NCBI GenBank assembly: GCA_963824385.1
Contig: CAWGPD010000001.1
Span: forward strand, 64,001 to 128,000
Source: an uncultured Nitrososphaerota archaeon
Lineage (GTDB): Archaea > Thermoproteota > Nitrososphaeria > Nitrososphaerales > Nitrosopumilaceae
Length of the DNA stretch: 64,000 bases
Reading direction: 5' to 3'
The notes under the pieces were generated by a model. That model did not search any database. It was not told the DNA's origin and saw only the letters and a program-made list of their open reading frames with translations. Shown here in pieces: positions 1 through 12,136 of this stretch; position 1 is the stretch's first letter, and every line of letters starts with the position of its first letter. The translations under genes and the position numbers were made by a program.

Positions 1-289
1 GGATCTCTTTTTGATTATTTCAAGACCTGGATACAAGTCATTAGAGATTATGAAAAGTGTATGTGACTTGCACTTGAGATTGTTTGATCATGAAGGTACT
101 GTATTTCTATCTGCACTCAAACCGCAGCTATTCTTGTGCAACATGCAATCAAGTCTTTGAAAACGGATATCCTCAACTAGTTTTAGAAGATTCAGTATGA
201 TAAAATTTGCATAAATTATCACCACAATCATATTTTCAAGATAGATAATGGGCATTTTACTTTAATACACCTTATACCGATGTTATTCC

Positions 290-766
290 ATGATTAAAAT
301 TCCAGCCAAAGTCCAGGAAATGTTCAAAGATCAAAAGGTCATAGTAGTAGGCTCTGTTGATGCCAACGGCCTTGCAAATTTATCTCCAAGAACTTCGTTT
401 TATTTTACAGATACTGCAGTATACTGGTTAGACTTTTTCAAGCACAAGTCACAAGGAAATTTCAAGACAATTCCCTGGGTAAGTGTAGGAGTATTTGATA
501 AAAAAGAACTCAAGGGATATCAAATAAAAGGCAAGGTTACATTTGTTACAGAATCTAAAGAAAAAGCCAGAATTACAGATATTATAACAAGGTCTGTAAC
601 TGGAAAAACATCAAGTAAGATATTTGAAAGAATGAGTCAGAACAAGACTCCAGATGTAATCATGTTTGCTCCCAAGGCAGTGTACTCACTTAGTCCAAAA
701 GAAGAGTCAGGTGTAGCCATGATAATGGAAAAGGACGGAGAGACTATCTCTCTTCTAGGAAGATAA
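290..766 (+). CDS. Pyridoxamine 5'-phosphate oxidase-like FMN-binding protein
   Basis: 158 aa; VGSVDANGLANLSPR, a KSxxN motif and GYQIKGKV are typical of the PNPOx-like split-barrel family. Confidence 0.8.
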   Translation: MIKIPAKVQEMFKDQKVIVVGSVDANGLANLSPRTSFYFTDTAVYWLDFFKHKSQGNFKTIPWVSVGVFDKKELKGYQIKGKVTFVTESKEKARITDIITRSVTGKTSSKIFERMSQNKTPDVIMFAPKAVYSLSPKEESGVAMIMEKDGETISLLGR

Positions 767-2153
767 CTTTTTTCTTAGAATATCAAGTGTTGTTGTAGGG
801 TCGGCTTTTCCCTTTGTCTTTTTCATGACCTTGCCTACAAGATAGTTAACGGTATCAGGATTCTGTCTTGCTTCTGCTACTGCCTTTTCCTCTTCTTTAA
901 AGACTTCATCAATTATTTTTTCAATTGAATCTGCGTCACTTACATGTCCCAAATCAAGGCTTGACATTACATCCAAAAGAGATCTTCCCGTCTTTACCAT
1001 TTCTTGCAATGCCTGTTTACCTGAGTTTCTTGTCAGTTTGTTATCCATTATAGAATCAGCCAGAGAAGAGATGTGTTGTGCCGTAATTTTTAATTCAAGT
1101 TTCTTTTCTCGCGTATCTGCATAACTTAGTAAATCTGTTGTTATAATATTTGCAACTTCTTTGGCGTTTTTCTCGTTGTGTGATTTTTCAAACAAATCAG
1201 AGTAGAATCTGTCTGAAGATAAAACATCTGCAACTTGTGCAGGAATTCCATATTTTTTGACATATCGTTCTCTTTTTGCAACAATGCTTTCAGGCATTTG
1301 TTTTGTTATATTTTCAGTGTATTCATTTCTAATCAAAACTATCGGAATGTCTGCTTCAGGAATGTATCGATAATCTTGTTCTTCTTCTTTTGATCTTGAT
1401 GATACTGTAATTCGTCTTGCATCATCCCAGTGTCTTGTCTCTGCAGCAACTGGAATTCCTCTTTCAAGAAGGCTCTGTTGCCTTGTTATCTCAAAATGGA
1501 GTGCTTTTTCTATATCCCTAAACGAGCCTACGTTTTTTATCTCAACTCTGTTTCCATCCCCTTCAGATATATTCCCATCTACCCTCATTGCACCCTCAAG
1601 ATATGGGTCAGATACGCCAATGTTTTCAACAAGGTCTGCCAATACATTTAGAAATATTCTGACCTGTTTTGGAGTCTCAAAGTCTGGCTCTGTTACAATT
1701 TCAACAAGAGGAGTTCCTGCCCTGTTATAGTCAACAAGTGTTAACATGGATTTTCCCTCATAGACTAGTCTTCCAGGATCTTCCTCTAGCTGTATTCTTC
1801 TGATTTGTATCTCCTTTCCTTGAATTGTAATCTTGCCATCTGAGCCTATACTTGTTGGACCATATGCATTATACTGAGTAATTTGGAAATTTTTTGGCAG
1901 ATCAGGATAAAAGTAATTTTTCCTAAAAAAGCCAATTTTATGTGGAATCTTGCATCCAAGTGCAAGTGAGATCATGGCAGCTTTTTCAACTGCCTTTTTG
2001 TTCAATATGGGAAGCGAGCCAGGAAGACCTGCGCATACTGGACAGATGTTAGAGTTTGGTTCAAGGTTTCTATATTCTGCCTTGCATGAACAAAATAGTT
2101 TACTTTCAAGTCTTTGTAAGTTGGCAGTGAATCTCTAGTCCTATTCTTGTCAA
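755..2153 (-). CDS. gatB: Asp/Glu-tRNA amidotransferase subunit B (apparent +1 frameshift at ~2111)
   Basis: RKNYFYPDLPKNFQITQY, LEEDPG, DYNRAGTPLVEIVTEP; the N-terminus MTRIGLEIHCQLT is in another frame from TTG 2153 and rejoins if one base is removed at AGTCT 2109-2113. Confidence 0.95.
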
Positions 2154-3601
2154 AGCGGTACCTCTGGAAGAGCGGTAGTTTCTTGTAACGCATGTGCAGC
2201 TTGGAGTAATTTTTTCTCTTCAAATGAATTTGCAAATAGTTGTATGCCAATTGGAAATCCTGAACGTGATATCTCAAATGGAACAGAAATGGCAGGAATT
2301 CCAGAAAGATTTGCTGTAACAGTATTGATATCAGTAAGATACATCTTTAATGGATCGTCAATTTTTTCGCCAACCTTAAATGGTAAAATAGGCATTGTTG
2401 GAGATATCAAAAAGTCTACTTTCTTAAATGCCTCATCAAGCTGAGCCTTTATCATCGCCCGAACTTTTTGGGCCTTGAGATAATATTTTCCATAATATCC
2501 TGCAGATAATACAAATGCACCAAGCAACATCCTTCGTGTCACTTCAGGGCCAAAATTACTTCGCGCTTTAGAGATAAATGCCTTGAACTCATATCCTTCT
2601 GTCCCAAAGTCAAATCCATATCTTAGATTATCATATCTTGAAAGATTGCTACTTGCTTCTGCTGATGCTATTGTATAATACGCTGCAACAGAGTGTTCTA
2701 CAGCATCAAGAGAAACTGGAATACATTCAGCTCCGAGTTCCTGTAGTTTTGATATTGCCTTGTCTGTTGCAGATACAACTTCCTTGTCTACACCTTCGCC
2801 AATCATCTGAGTTATGATTCCAATCTTTTTTCCAGAGATTCCCAAGGAGATGTCTTTGGTATAATCAACACGGTCATTTTTTATCGTAGTATTATCATGT
2901 ACATCATATCCTGAGATAATATTTAGTAAAAACGCCACATCTTCTACAGTTCTTGCCATGGGGCCGACCTGCTCTATACTGTTGGCATATGAGACAAGGC
3001 CATATCTGCTAACTAGTCCATAAGTTGGTTTTAGACCAACAACAGAACAGAAACTTGCAGGACTTCGAACAGATCCACCTGTATCAGAACCTAGTGAGGC
3101 AAGACATTCTAGTGCGCCAACTGAGACACCACTGCCCCCAGAAGAGCCACCTGGCACATAATCAACATTCCAAGGATTTCTACTTGGTCCAAAATAACTA
3201 AATTCAGTTGTAGAGCCCATTGCAAATTCATCAAGATTTACTTTACCAATAATTATGGTATCTTCAGATTTTAGCCTAGATACAACAGTTGCATCATATG
3301 GCGCAACAAAATTCTCAAGCATTTTAGATGCACAGGTTGTTTTTATTCCAGCAGTGCAGATGTTGTCTTTGATAGATACAGGCATTCCAAAACAGATTCC
3401 GACTTTATCTTTTGACTTTATTTTTTTATCAATCTCTTTGGCTTTATCAAGTGCGTTTTGGTTATTTACAGTAATAAAAGCATGAACTTTATCATCGACT
3501 AGTTTTATTCTGTCTAATGTTTTTGCAACAAACTCTTCTACAGATAGTGCACCAGATTTTGCCTGAGATACAAATTCAGTGGCTGAAATTCCAAGATTCA
3601 T
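2150..3601 (-). CDS. gatA: Asp/Glu-tRNA amidotransferase subunit A
   Basis: Amidase signature GGSSGGS...GSDTGGSVRSPA, GLKPTYG; lies between gatC and gatB. Confidence 0.97.
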   Translation of the reverse strand: MNLGISATEFVSQAKSGALSVEEFVAKTLDRIKLVDDKVHAFITVNNQNALDKAKEIDKKIKSKDKVGICFGMPVSIKDNICTAGIKTTCASKMLENFVAPYDATVVSRLKSEDTIIIGKVNLDEFAMGSTTEFSYFGPSRNPWNVDYVPGGSSGGSGVSVGALECLASLGSDTGGSVRSPASFCSVVGLKPTYGLVSRYGLVSYANSIEQVGPMARTVEDVAFLLNIISGYDVHDNTTIKNDRVDYTKDISLGISGKKIGIITQMIGEGVDKEVVSATDKAISKLQELGAECIPVSLDAVEHSVAAYYTIASAEASSNLSRYDNLRYGFDFGTEGYEFKAFISKARSNFGPEVTRRMLLGAFVLSAGYYGKYYLKAQKVRAMIKAQLDEAFKKVDFLISPTMPILPFKVGEKIDDPLKMYLTDINTVTANLSGIPAISVPFEISRSGFPIGIQLFANSFEEKKLLQAAHALQETTALPEVPL

Positions 3602-3868
3602 TTAAACCATTTTTGGTGCACGGATAAAGTTGTCTTGGTCTTTTTTGAGGTGATCAATTAACGATATATCATATGGTTCATGTTTGTCATCTCTGAGATT
3701 CTCTGCATCAACTTCATTTCTTAGAGTATCATCAGAATTGAATTCAACAGTATCAAGTCTATCAAAATATTTTATTATCTGCTCTACCTGCTTGATGTAT
3801 TTTTCTGGCTCTTTGAGTTCAACCTTGACCAAATCCCCCAGATGCTCAATCTCTTTTTTTTCTACCAT
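3602..3868 (-). CDS. gatC: Asp/Glu-tRNA amidotransferase subunit C
   Basis: 88 aa directly upstream of gatA; LRDD motif and C-terminal FIRAPKMV. Confidence 0.9.
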   Translation of the reverse strand: MVEKKEIEHLGDLVKVELKEPEKYIKQVEQIIKYFDRLDTVEFNSDDTLRNEVDAENLRDDKHEPYDISLIDHLKKDQDNFIRAPKMV

Positions 3869-3878
3869 ATCGTTTCAC

Positions 3879-5190
3879 TTACGGTGTAAGCCTATCGACA
3901 TCACGTGGATAAAAGGTAGCATCTCTGATATTTTCAGTTCCAGTAAGTGCCATCATTAATCTCTCAAGGCCTATACCACATCCTGCGTGAGGTGGGACTC
4001 CATAATCAAAGACACGCAAGTGATAATCAAATGCTTCCAGTTTGAAGCCCTTGTTTTTCATCCTCTCTTCTAGTTCAAGTCTTTTTTCAATTCTTGTACT
4101 GCCTGAAGACAATTCAAGATCTCCAAACATCAAGTCAAATGACTCGGATGTCTTTTGATCATCATTTTTGGCTTTAACATAGAATGGTTTTGGAGCAAGT
4201 GGCCAGTCCTTGATAAAGTAAAATCCGCCAAGATTGATCTTTTTTAATTGTGAAGGATACAAGTCATCTCCCCATTTTGTAGTGGCTCCTGCATTTTGCA
4301 TCTTTTCCACCAATTCAGTATACGCATACTGGGGAATTTTTTCAGGAATTTCCGGAACTTTGTAATCAGTTGTCTTTATCAAATCACAATAGTCTCTTAC
4401 TACACCAATTGATCTTTTAATTATATTTTCAGTGTGCATCATTATATCATTATAATCTGCAAATGCTTCTTCAATATCTATTGAGATTGCCTCTGAGAGG
4501 TGTCTGTTAGTTCTAGATGCTTCGGCTCTAAATATTGGCGCAATCTCAAATATTTTTTCAAATGATAACGTCAGCTGTTCTTTGTAAAGCTGAGGACTCT
4601 GTGCTAAAAATGCCTCTTTGTTATAGTAAAATATTGGAAACAATGCAGCACCGCCTTCTGTTGCAGTTGCAATCATCTTGGGGGTGTTTACTTCAAGAAA
4701 TTCTTTTTCATACAGATAATCGCGAATTGATTTTAAGACCAGGCCTCGCATCTTAAAGATATGCTGTAAGATATTTCGTCTAAGATTCTATTGCCCTAAG
4801 TTCAAGTCTTGTATCGATATTTGGAACAACTTTGGTCTGCCATGTAAAGGGCGCAATTTTTTCAACTATTGAAAATACACGTAGTTCACTTGGTGTTATC
4901 TCAACTCCCCTTGGAGCCTTGGGAGAAGGTTTTACAATTCCTTTTATTGCTATAGTAGATTGCTCTTTGAGGTTTACAAGACTAGCTTTAATCTCATCTG
5001 GACAGACACCTGCTTTTGCAGTAATCTGTATCTGTCCCTCTTTGTCATTTAGCATGACAAATACTAGATTTCCATGATCTCGCACACTTGAGACCCAACC
5101 CATGACAATGACCTCTTTTCCATCCATCGAAGTATCAAGTTGAGTAGAATAGATAGTCCTACGCCAATCCCCAAGTTCTGTGCCTATCAT
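3879..5190 (-). CDS. aspS: Aspartyl-tRNA synthetase, probably non-discriminating (apparent frameshift at ~4786)
   Basis: OB-fold ORF 4780-5190 plus catalytic ORF 3879-4751 (LAQSPQLYKE, FRAE, PPHAGCGIGLERL) join by removing one base at GATTC 4784-4788; Pro in KAPRG anticodon loop; adjacent to gatCAB. Confidence 0.93.
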
Positions 5191-5262
5191 GTTTTCATCA
5201 AATGTCTTTTGGTTAGTGTTAATTTGTGTTACTAAAAGCGGTTAGAATATAGTAGTACGACA

Positions 5263-6081
5263 TTATGGGGTTGTCCCAGTCTTTAATTTTTTTATTACCA
5301 TACTGCCGCCCAAAATAGATCCATTTCCAATTAAAATCTCTGTGTCATCATCTAGAATAGTTGTAAATCTTGAAGTTATCTTGGTAACAATACCAGAATA
5401 TTTTTCTGAACCATTTGATAACTCGATCTTGTCACCTTCTGCATATGGCAAGTGTGTTGTCAGAGGTGGTTCTTTTAAGATGCGAACGTTTCCCTGAATT
5501 ATGGCAGAATTTGGAACAAGGTATTCCGTTCCATCCACAGTATTGATCTTTGTATATAATGCACTTATCTCTGCAATCATTCCACGTACGTTGTCATTCA
5601 CTATGAAAATTGAATCGCCTATCTTTGCAGGAAATGTAGTGAGCATTATAGCTCCAGAAAGTACGTTTCCCACTATAGTTGAAACACCTAAACCTACAAC
5701 TATAGCTGCAACTCCCCCTCCCAAGAGAATCGTTTGAAGTTGTACGCCCCATAGGTATAGCAGTATCAATGATGCAATTAGTGTTATTATTATGATTGAA
5801 AAAAAAGAAATACTTGCAACAAGGTGAGATGGCATAACATGTGGAATTCTTTTCAAAGCACCTCTAATTGAAGAAATCACTACAAATGATACAATTACAG
5901 TTATCATAGTTTCTCCAATCAGAATGTGGTTATGCCCCAATCCCAAATTTTGTGCAAAGTAGTTCTCAAATATCGCGATGCTTATCCTTGTCGTCACTAT
6001 CAAAATTGCCAATTTTATTATCAGGGTTTTAAACTCCCCCCTGGTCGATTGTTTATTTGATTTTATTTTCTGGTCTTGCAA
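5263..6081 (-). CDS. Small-conductance mechanosensitive channel (MscS family)
   Basis: TM helices, GGGVAAIVVGLG...GNVLSG, PAKIGD and VPNS motifs; duplicated beta-domain at the C-terminus. Confidence 0.88.
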   Translation of the reverse strand: MQDQKIKSNKQSTRGEFKTLIIKLAILIVTTRISIAIFENYFAQNLGLGHNHILIGETMITVIVSFVVISSIRGALKRIPHVMPSHLVASISFFSIIIITLIASLILLYLWGVQLQTILLGGGVAAIVVGLGVSTIVGNVLSGAIMLTTFPAKIGDSIFIVNDNVRGMIAEISALYTKINTVDGTEYLVPNSAIIQGNVRILKEPPLTTHLPYAEGDKIELSNGSEKYSGIVTKITSRFTTILDDDTEILIGNGSILGGSMVIKKLKTGTTP

Positions 6082-6236
6082 TATTTATTCAACCCTGTTC
6101 CAATTTACTTCAAAATAATGGTGTTTGTCAAGATATTTTGCATTGTCATCGCATATGAAGGACTTTTTTTAAAATAATGAAAAATTGTACGAACAATAAC
6201 GGCTATGTAGAAATACAAGTTAGAATCACATAACAC

Positions 6237-6407
6237 ATGGTTGGACCAAAAGATGGAGGATTTGGTTTTGATGGCGCTCCAAAATATACTAAACTAGAAG
6301 GCAAAAATGCCATATGCGTACAATGTCAAGCAGGCCAACATAGCAAATGTCACGCTAAAGATAATCCGGAGATACTTTGCGATTGCGAACTATGTCTAAT
6401 TTCTTAG
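6237..6407 (+). CDS. Cys/His-rich microprotein (56 aa), putative metal-binding
   Basis: Manual translation MVGPKDGGFGFDGAPKYTKLEGKNAICVQCQAGQHSKCHAKDNPEILCDCELCLIS; below the ORF-track cutoff. Confidence 0.65.
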   Translation: MVGPKDGGFGFDGAPKYTKLEGKNAICVQCQAGQHSKCHAKDNPEILCDCELCLIS

Positions 6408-6473
6408 TTGATATGATTCTAAATATGATCACACATAAAATTACTGGATTAATTTTGGTCCATGCAGAACATC

Positions 6474-7434
6474 TTACTGAGTAGCATTTACGTTAAACTG
6501 TATTGTTGCTTGTAGTCCACTCATAGTTGCATCCTCAAGATTCATTTGAAGAATTACATTTAACTCGCCGGCTGTTGTAATCTGATATAACGCATCGTAT
6601 ATCCCAATTCCACTTGCGACTGAGACTTCATTTGGTTTGACATTTTGCATCATAGGAGGACATGTAAGTCCACTATTTGGAACAAGTTGTCTTTGAACAC
6701 TAGACGGCGGATTAATTTCCCAATGTAAAGAAGGAACAGTTCCACAGCCTACTAGGTTTTGAAAGATCTCTTTATCTGAGATATTCTGGTATGTCACAGT
6801 AAATTGCGGATTATCTCCAACTTTTAATGGGTTAGGAGTCATTTCTACAGACAGTATTTTTATTTCAGGTTTTGTCATAGTAATTGTCAGATTTGCCGGA
6901 GAAAAAGGCTGACTTGTAACACTAGTTTTATTTTGAATTACTATTGGAGTTGAGGCAGTATTAACAGTTGGTGGAACTGAGGTAGTATTGACAAATTTTG
7001 GAGCGGGAGTAGTGTCGACAGATGGTGGAATTGAGGCAGTATTAACAGACATGGGAGATGGCTGAGATATTTTATCTTCAAGTGATGCAAGCCTATCACT
7101 AAGCGATTTAATTTCCCCATCTAGATTCTCGGTATTTTGCTGAAGTTGAGTTATCGTAATATTATTTTCTTGCTCAATCTGTTTACTAACACTTAGTTCG
7201 CTGGAAAGAGATTGTATTAATTTATCTTGATTCAGCTGTCTTGTTTTTTAGGTCACTCATTTGCAAACTTTCATTGAGCCCAACAGTCAGATGCTGAATT
7301 GCAATATCCTGTTCAGTAGCCTTGGAGTTCATATTTTTCATATCTGATTGTAATTTTGTATTACTTGCAACCTGCAATCCAAGACTAATTGAGGCTATAA
7401 TTACAGCTATTATTACAATATGTTGTATTTTCAT
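6474..7434 (-). CDS. Membrane-anchored/secreted protein with coiled coil, Pro/Thr/Ser linker and Ig-like C-terminal domain (apparent frameshift at ~7230)
   Basis: ORF 7222-7434 (N-terminal TM) joins an open frame running into ORF 6474-7052 after a 1-nt removal at GATTC 7229-7233. Confidence 0.7.
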
Positions 7435-7574
7435 TTTCTACAACACTGTTTTTGAGACTTTTTGCTATAAACATCTTCTAGCTTAAAAATGTGTTCACAC
7501 TATCAAAAACATTTGATCAATTCAGATTACAAAAATAATTAACAGCCCATAGATGGCAACAATATGCTTGGAAA

Positions 7575-8499
7575 TTAGTTTACTTCAGGGGCTTTGTATA
7601 ATTCCAGTGATTTATTTTCTACAATTACATATCCATGACATTTTATCAAGGATTTTAGATCATCAGAAGGAACTTTTGAAACATCATACGCACATAAAAG
7701 AACAATCTGCTGATATGGCTTTACCCCCAAACGAGGATTCTAGTTTCAAGTGTTCCACACCAAGGTCATTGCGTATGTACCATGTACAATCTTGATCTGC
7801 AAATCTTGTAAGATAACCGGAAATATTACATGAATGCATATTATTAATCCAGTCGGATAATTTTTTGACGGTCTTTTTCATATCTATTTCTATATTGGAC
7901 TCTTTTTTAATTACATCAGGACCACTCCTTATCTTGAATGTATCAGAAGTTGGCAACAGGTCTTTCTGATACAGCCCAGATAGCACATCATAAGTAATGT
8001 TTCTGATATCTTTAATTTTCGTGGGAAATTCAGAAACAAGTCCGAGTGGAGCCTGTGTCCTCATACTAAAAAAATCGGTCAAAATAATGTCAATAGTTTC
8101 AGCGTGTTTGTAAAGTACAAGTATGTGTTCGGCAGTAGACCTGTTAATTATGAAATCATATACACTGTACTCCTTTACTTTAGCAATTATTTCATCAGTT
8201 TTATGAGCAATTGATTTCAAATGAGTGTATTTTAACAGTTCTTCTTTTATTACATCCATCATGAGATTTGCAGAAACGGTTCCGGTTAATTGTTTCAAAG
8301 CATCCTCAAACATATGAAAATTTTTGATCAATTCAGTTTCAGACATTCCAGTTTTTAAAGTAATTTGTTCCATCAGATCACCATATGACGATTTGCCAAA
8401 AACTTTGAAAGCTTTTTGAATAGATTCATGAAAAATTTTGTCAGCGTTGGGAGGAATCCGAGTATATCCCAACCTAAGTAAAATGTCTATTGATTCCAT
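7575..8499 (-). CDS. Thaumarchaeal sensory protein with C-terminal MEDS-like domain (apparent frameshift at ~7725-7740)
   Basis: EHILVLY motif; the alternative frame continues ...QIVLLCAYDVSK...KCHGYVIV to TAA at 7575, matching the MEDS CAY...H-x-x-VI pattern. Confidence 0.6.
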
Positions 8500-8687
8500 T
8501 GCCGCATAAATTTTGTACGCATATACTAATAAGATACTAGTTCAAAAAAATAAACAAATTATATATTTTTATAAATTAAATCATAATTTATAATAATTTA
8601 ATCACAATTCATAATAATTACATCTGCATGACATGAATTTTATTTATTTTAGATTAAAATAGAGTACCGTTGAACATACGCTCACAT

Positions 8688-9755
8688 ATGACTGATCTTT
8701 ATCGAGTATTACCAGAGGAGATGGATGATCTTGTCATTAAACTTGGTCAGCCAAGATACAGAGCTCATCAGCTACTCCATGCATTATATCACGAATCACC
8801 AAGAAAAATGTCTGATCTACATCAAATTCCATCCTCCATGAGAGATGCTCTTGTCAATGCGGGATATGCACTGGGTACTGAAAGTGAAGTCAATCACATT
8901 GTAAGTGAAGATGGCAAGACGACAAAGATACTTCTCAAGTTTGACAAGGAAACTCTTATCGAGACTGTACTAATGCAATATCACTCATCAAAAGAAGACG
9001 GGCATCCCAGATCAACAGTTTGTGTTTCCACCCAAGTGGGATGTCCAATGGGTTGTGTGTTCTGCGCTACAGGTCAAATGGGTTTTGAAAAAAATCTAAA
9101 AGCTGAACAGATTGTTGCCCAAGTACTCCACTTTACTCACATTTTACGTCAAAGAGGAGAACATGTAACAAATCTTGTTTTCATGGGGATGGGAGAGCCG
9201 CTTGCAAATTATGATGAAACAGTCCGAGCTGTTAGACTGCTAACACATCCTCGCGCATTTGGATTAGGACAGCGAAGTATTACAATTTCAACAGTTGGTG
9301 TCATTTCAGGAATAGACAAACTTGCAGAAGAAGATATTCAAGTCAAGCTTGCAATTTCACTACATGCACCAAATGATACGTTACGAAAAAAACTAGTTCC
9401 AACGGCAGGACCTCATTCTGTTGAAGATTTAATCTCAGCAGCAAAGCGTTATTTCAAAAAAACTGGAAGGCGTGTCACTTTTGAATATGCGCTAATTGAT
9501 GACATAAATGATTCAAACAAAGTAGCTGAAGAGTTGGCACAAGTTTTGAAAGGTAATGGAGCACATGTAAATTTGATTCCTATGAATCCAACAGCGGGAG
9601 GATTTTCCCGTCCTGCCAGAAAAAGAATACTTGCATTCCAACAGATACTCCGTGACGGAGGAGTAAATTGTACTGTCAGGGTAGAAAAAGGCTCCGAGAT
9701 ATCAGCAGCTTGTGGCCAACTTAGAACAGATGTTATAAAAAATATCACACATTGA
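8688..9755 (+). CDS. rlmN: Radical SAM rRNA/tRNA m2A methyltransferase RlmN
   Basis: CPMGCVFC cluster motif, FMGMGEP, ISLHAP, C-terminal AACGQL. Confidence 0.93.
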   Translation: MTDLYRVLPEEMDDLVIKLGQPRYRAHQLLHALYHESPRKMSDLHQIPSSMRDALVNAGYALGTESEVNHIVSEDGKTTKILLKFDKETLIETVLMQYHSSKEDGHPRSTVCVSTQVGCPMGCVFCATGQMGFEKNLKAEQIVAQVLHFTHILRQRGEHVTNLVFMGMGEPLANYDETVRAVRLLTHPRAFGLGQRSITISTVGVISGIDKLAEEDIQVKLAISLHAPNDTLRKKLVPTAGPHSVEDLISAAKRYFKKTGRRVTFEYALIDDINDSNKVAEELAQVLKGNGAHVNLIPMNPTAGGFSRPARKRILAFQQILRDGGVNCTVRVEKGSEISAACGQLRTDVIKNITH

Positions 9756-9841
9756 GACATTTAAAAAATAAGCAAGGACAGACTTGTCAAATGCCTATAA
9801 CATGACAAACCTCTAAATTAAAAAGAAAACTAACTATACAC

Positions 9842-10057
9842 ATGGTTCTTACAAGTAGGGAGAAAACAGTCATAATTGTATCACATCTAGTTTCACTGTA
9901 TTCAGAAAAAATGGAAGACGGAAAGATACCAGACGGACAATCAGTCATTGACTTTATAATGAAAAACATTCCTCAAGAATACAAGTCAGAGATATCTATG
10001 GATATCATTGACGACGTGTTTAACTTCATTGCAAGCAGCCCCATGGAACTTTCATAA
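9842..10057 (+). CDS. Small hypothetical protein
   Basis: 71-aa ATG ORF co-oriented just upstream of purP. Confidence 0.65.
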   Translation: MVLTSREKTVIIVSHLVSLYSEKMEDGKIPDGQSVIDFIMKNIPQEYKSEISMDIIDDVFNFIASSPMELS

Positions 10058-10084
10058 ACCCCCAAGATTAGAAATGATCACATC

Positions 10085-11110
10085 ATGTCGTCAATAGCAA
10101 CTTTAGGTTCTCATTGTGCGCTTCAAGTCCTCAAGGGTGCAAAAGATGAAGGATTCAAAACCATTCTAGTGTGCGAGAAAAAACGTGAAAAACTGTATAA
10201 AAGATTTCGGTTTATAGATGAATTTGTACTAGTGGATTCATTTTCTGAAGTGATGGATCAGAGATGCTCAAATATTTTAAAAGAAAACAATGCAGTAATT
10301 GTACCACATGGAACTCTAATAGCTCAGATGAGCTCATCAGAGATAGAATCAATCAAGACACCAATCTTTGGAAACAAGTGGATTCTCAGATGGGAGTCTG
10401 ACAGAAACATGAAAGAAAAACTCATGGTGGAATCCAAATTAAAAATCCCAAGATCATTATCTAGTCCAAGTGAAATAAATGGTCTAGTAATTGCAAAAAG
10501 ACACGGTGCCGCGGGAGGAAAGGGATACTTTCTTACAACAAATGAAGAAGAGTACATAAAAAAACGCGACAAGCTAATTGGAGATGGAATAATCAAAGGA
10601 GACTCTGACTTGTATCTACAGGAATATGCGTTGGGAGTTTCAGCGTATTTACAATATTTTTATTCTGAGCTCAAGTGGAGAGCTAGAATTTTTCGGAGTA
10701 GACCGAAGATACGAGTCAGATATTGATGGCCTTGGAAGAATTCCACTCAAGAGCAAATCGACATTGAGTTAATTCCATCATTTAACGTAATAGGCAACAG
10801 TCCTCTAGTATTGCGCGAATCACTACTTGAGGAAGTCTATGCGATGGGTGAGAGATTTGTAGAAGCTGCAAAACGGCTAGTTGCTCCAGGTATGACAGGG
10901 CCTTTCTGTCTTGAGGGAGTCTATGACGAAAACGGCAAATTTACTACGTTTGAGTTTTCTGCAAGAATTGTAGCAGGAACAAATCTGTATGTAGACGGTT
11001 CTCCATATTCATCACTAATCTATAATGAACCCATGAGTATGGGACGAAGAATAGCCCGAGAGATAAAGAATGCAAATACCAAGAATAGCCTATCAAAAAT
11101 AGTTACGTGA
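10085..11110 (+). CDS. purP: 5-formaminoimidazole-4-carboxamide ribonucleotide synthetase (PurP family); two compensating apparent frameshifts at ~10672 and ~10746
   Basis: IATLGSHCALQ, GGKGYF, RESLL...GPFCLE, SARIVAGTN; the middle segment GELEFFGVDRRYESDIDG is in another frame. Confidence 0.9.
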
Positions 11111-11178
11111 TTTTAGCCAATAATATTAGACGATAAAACCAGCACTTGTAGAATATGAAAAATCCAAAAATTCTGGCC

Positions 11179-12027
11179 TTATGCACCACCAAGTGTAACG
11201 ATAAGGTCTGTGACAAAACCAGCACAAAGACCAAAGAAAAGTCCAATCATCAAAACATTATTGGTCGTTTGTTTTCGCCCGGAATTATACATCAACATAG
11301 AAACATAGATCAGTGCACCTCCCGCCATGGATAAAAACAAAATATAGGCAACATTAGATATCCATAGACTTCCCAGCATGGTACCCACAAATGTTGGACC
11401 ACCTCCAATCAGTCCTACTTTGGCAAGAAATTTTGCACTGGGTTTTTTCAATATTCCAGTAAGCGGACCTGCTATACCAAACCCTTCTGTAGTATTATGC
11501 GCTCCAAATCCTATAATCAGTATAATTGCAAGTCCAATTTGTCCTGCCACATACGACTGACCAATTGCTAATCCTTCACTAAAGTTGTGTGCACCAATTC
11601 CAATTGCTATCATCATTGCAAGCCTGTATGCACTTGCATCATGGAAAAGCCTGTGAAGATGATCATCACCTTCTTTGAGGTTATCAAGAGAGAGTATCTG
11701 TGGAAATTGTTTTGTCATCAGTTTTGTTTCGTATAATACCAAACCTAACAGACCAATTGCTATACCACCAAACATTGCGGCAAGATCAATTACTGCATCG
11801 CCAATTGGACCTTTTCCAGAAAAAGCATCAGTTGCTGCACTTGATGCAGTCTCATAGCCATGGCTAAAAACATCAATAATTAAAAATACTAAAATTCCAA
11901 GTGCAAACGCATTCAAGAATCCCTTCTTTTTTGAACTGAGATGTTGTAATACCGCCACAGGAAGGCCAAGAAAAATTGTAAACCCAGCTATTGCACCAAG
12001 TAACAAAAGTTGCCAATAATCAATCAC
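11179..12027 (-). CDS. ZIP-family Zn/Fe permease
   Basis: HNFSEGLAIG and HNTTEG metal-site motifs; multiple TM helices. Confidence 0.9.
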   Translation of the reverse strand: MIDYWQLLLLGAIAGFTIFLGLPVAVLQHLSSKKKGFLNAFALGILVFLIIDVFSHGYETASSAATDAFSGKGPIGDAVIDLAAMFGGIAIGLLGLVLYETKLMTKQFPQILSLDNLKEGDDHLHRLFHDASAYRLAMMIAIGIGAHNFSEGLAIGQSYVAGQIGLAIILIIGFGAHNTTEGFGIAGPLTGILKKPSAKFLAKVGLIGGGPTFVGTMLGSLWISNVAYILFLSMAGGALIYVSMLMYNSGRKQTTNNVLMIGLFFGLCAGFVTDLIVTLGGA

Positions 12028-12136
12028 GGTAATTTCATTAGGATAAGCTAACTTATTTAAATCACGGACTGGTTCTAGAATTTGAGAATTACACCCGCGT
12101 CGTTTAAATAGTTAGGCATGCCTAATTCAAAAAATA

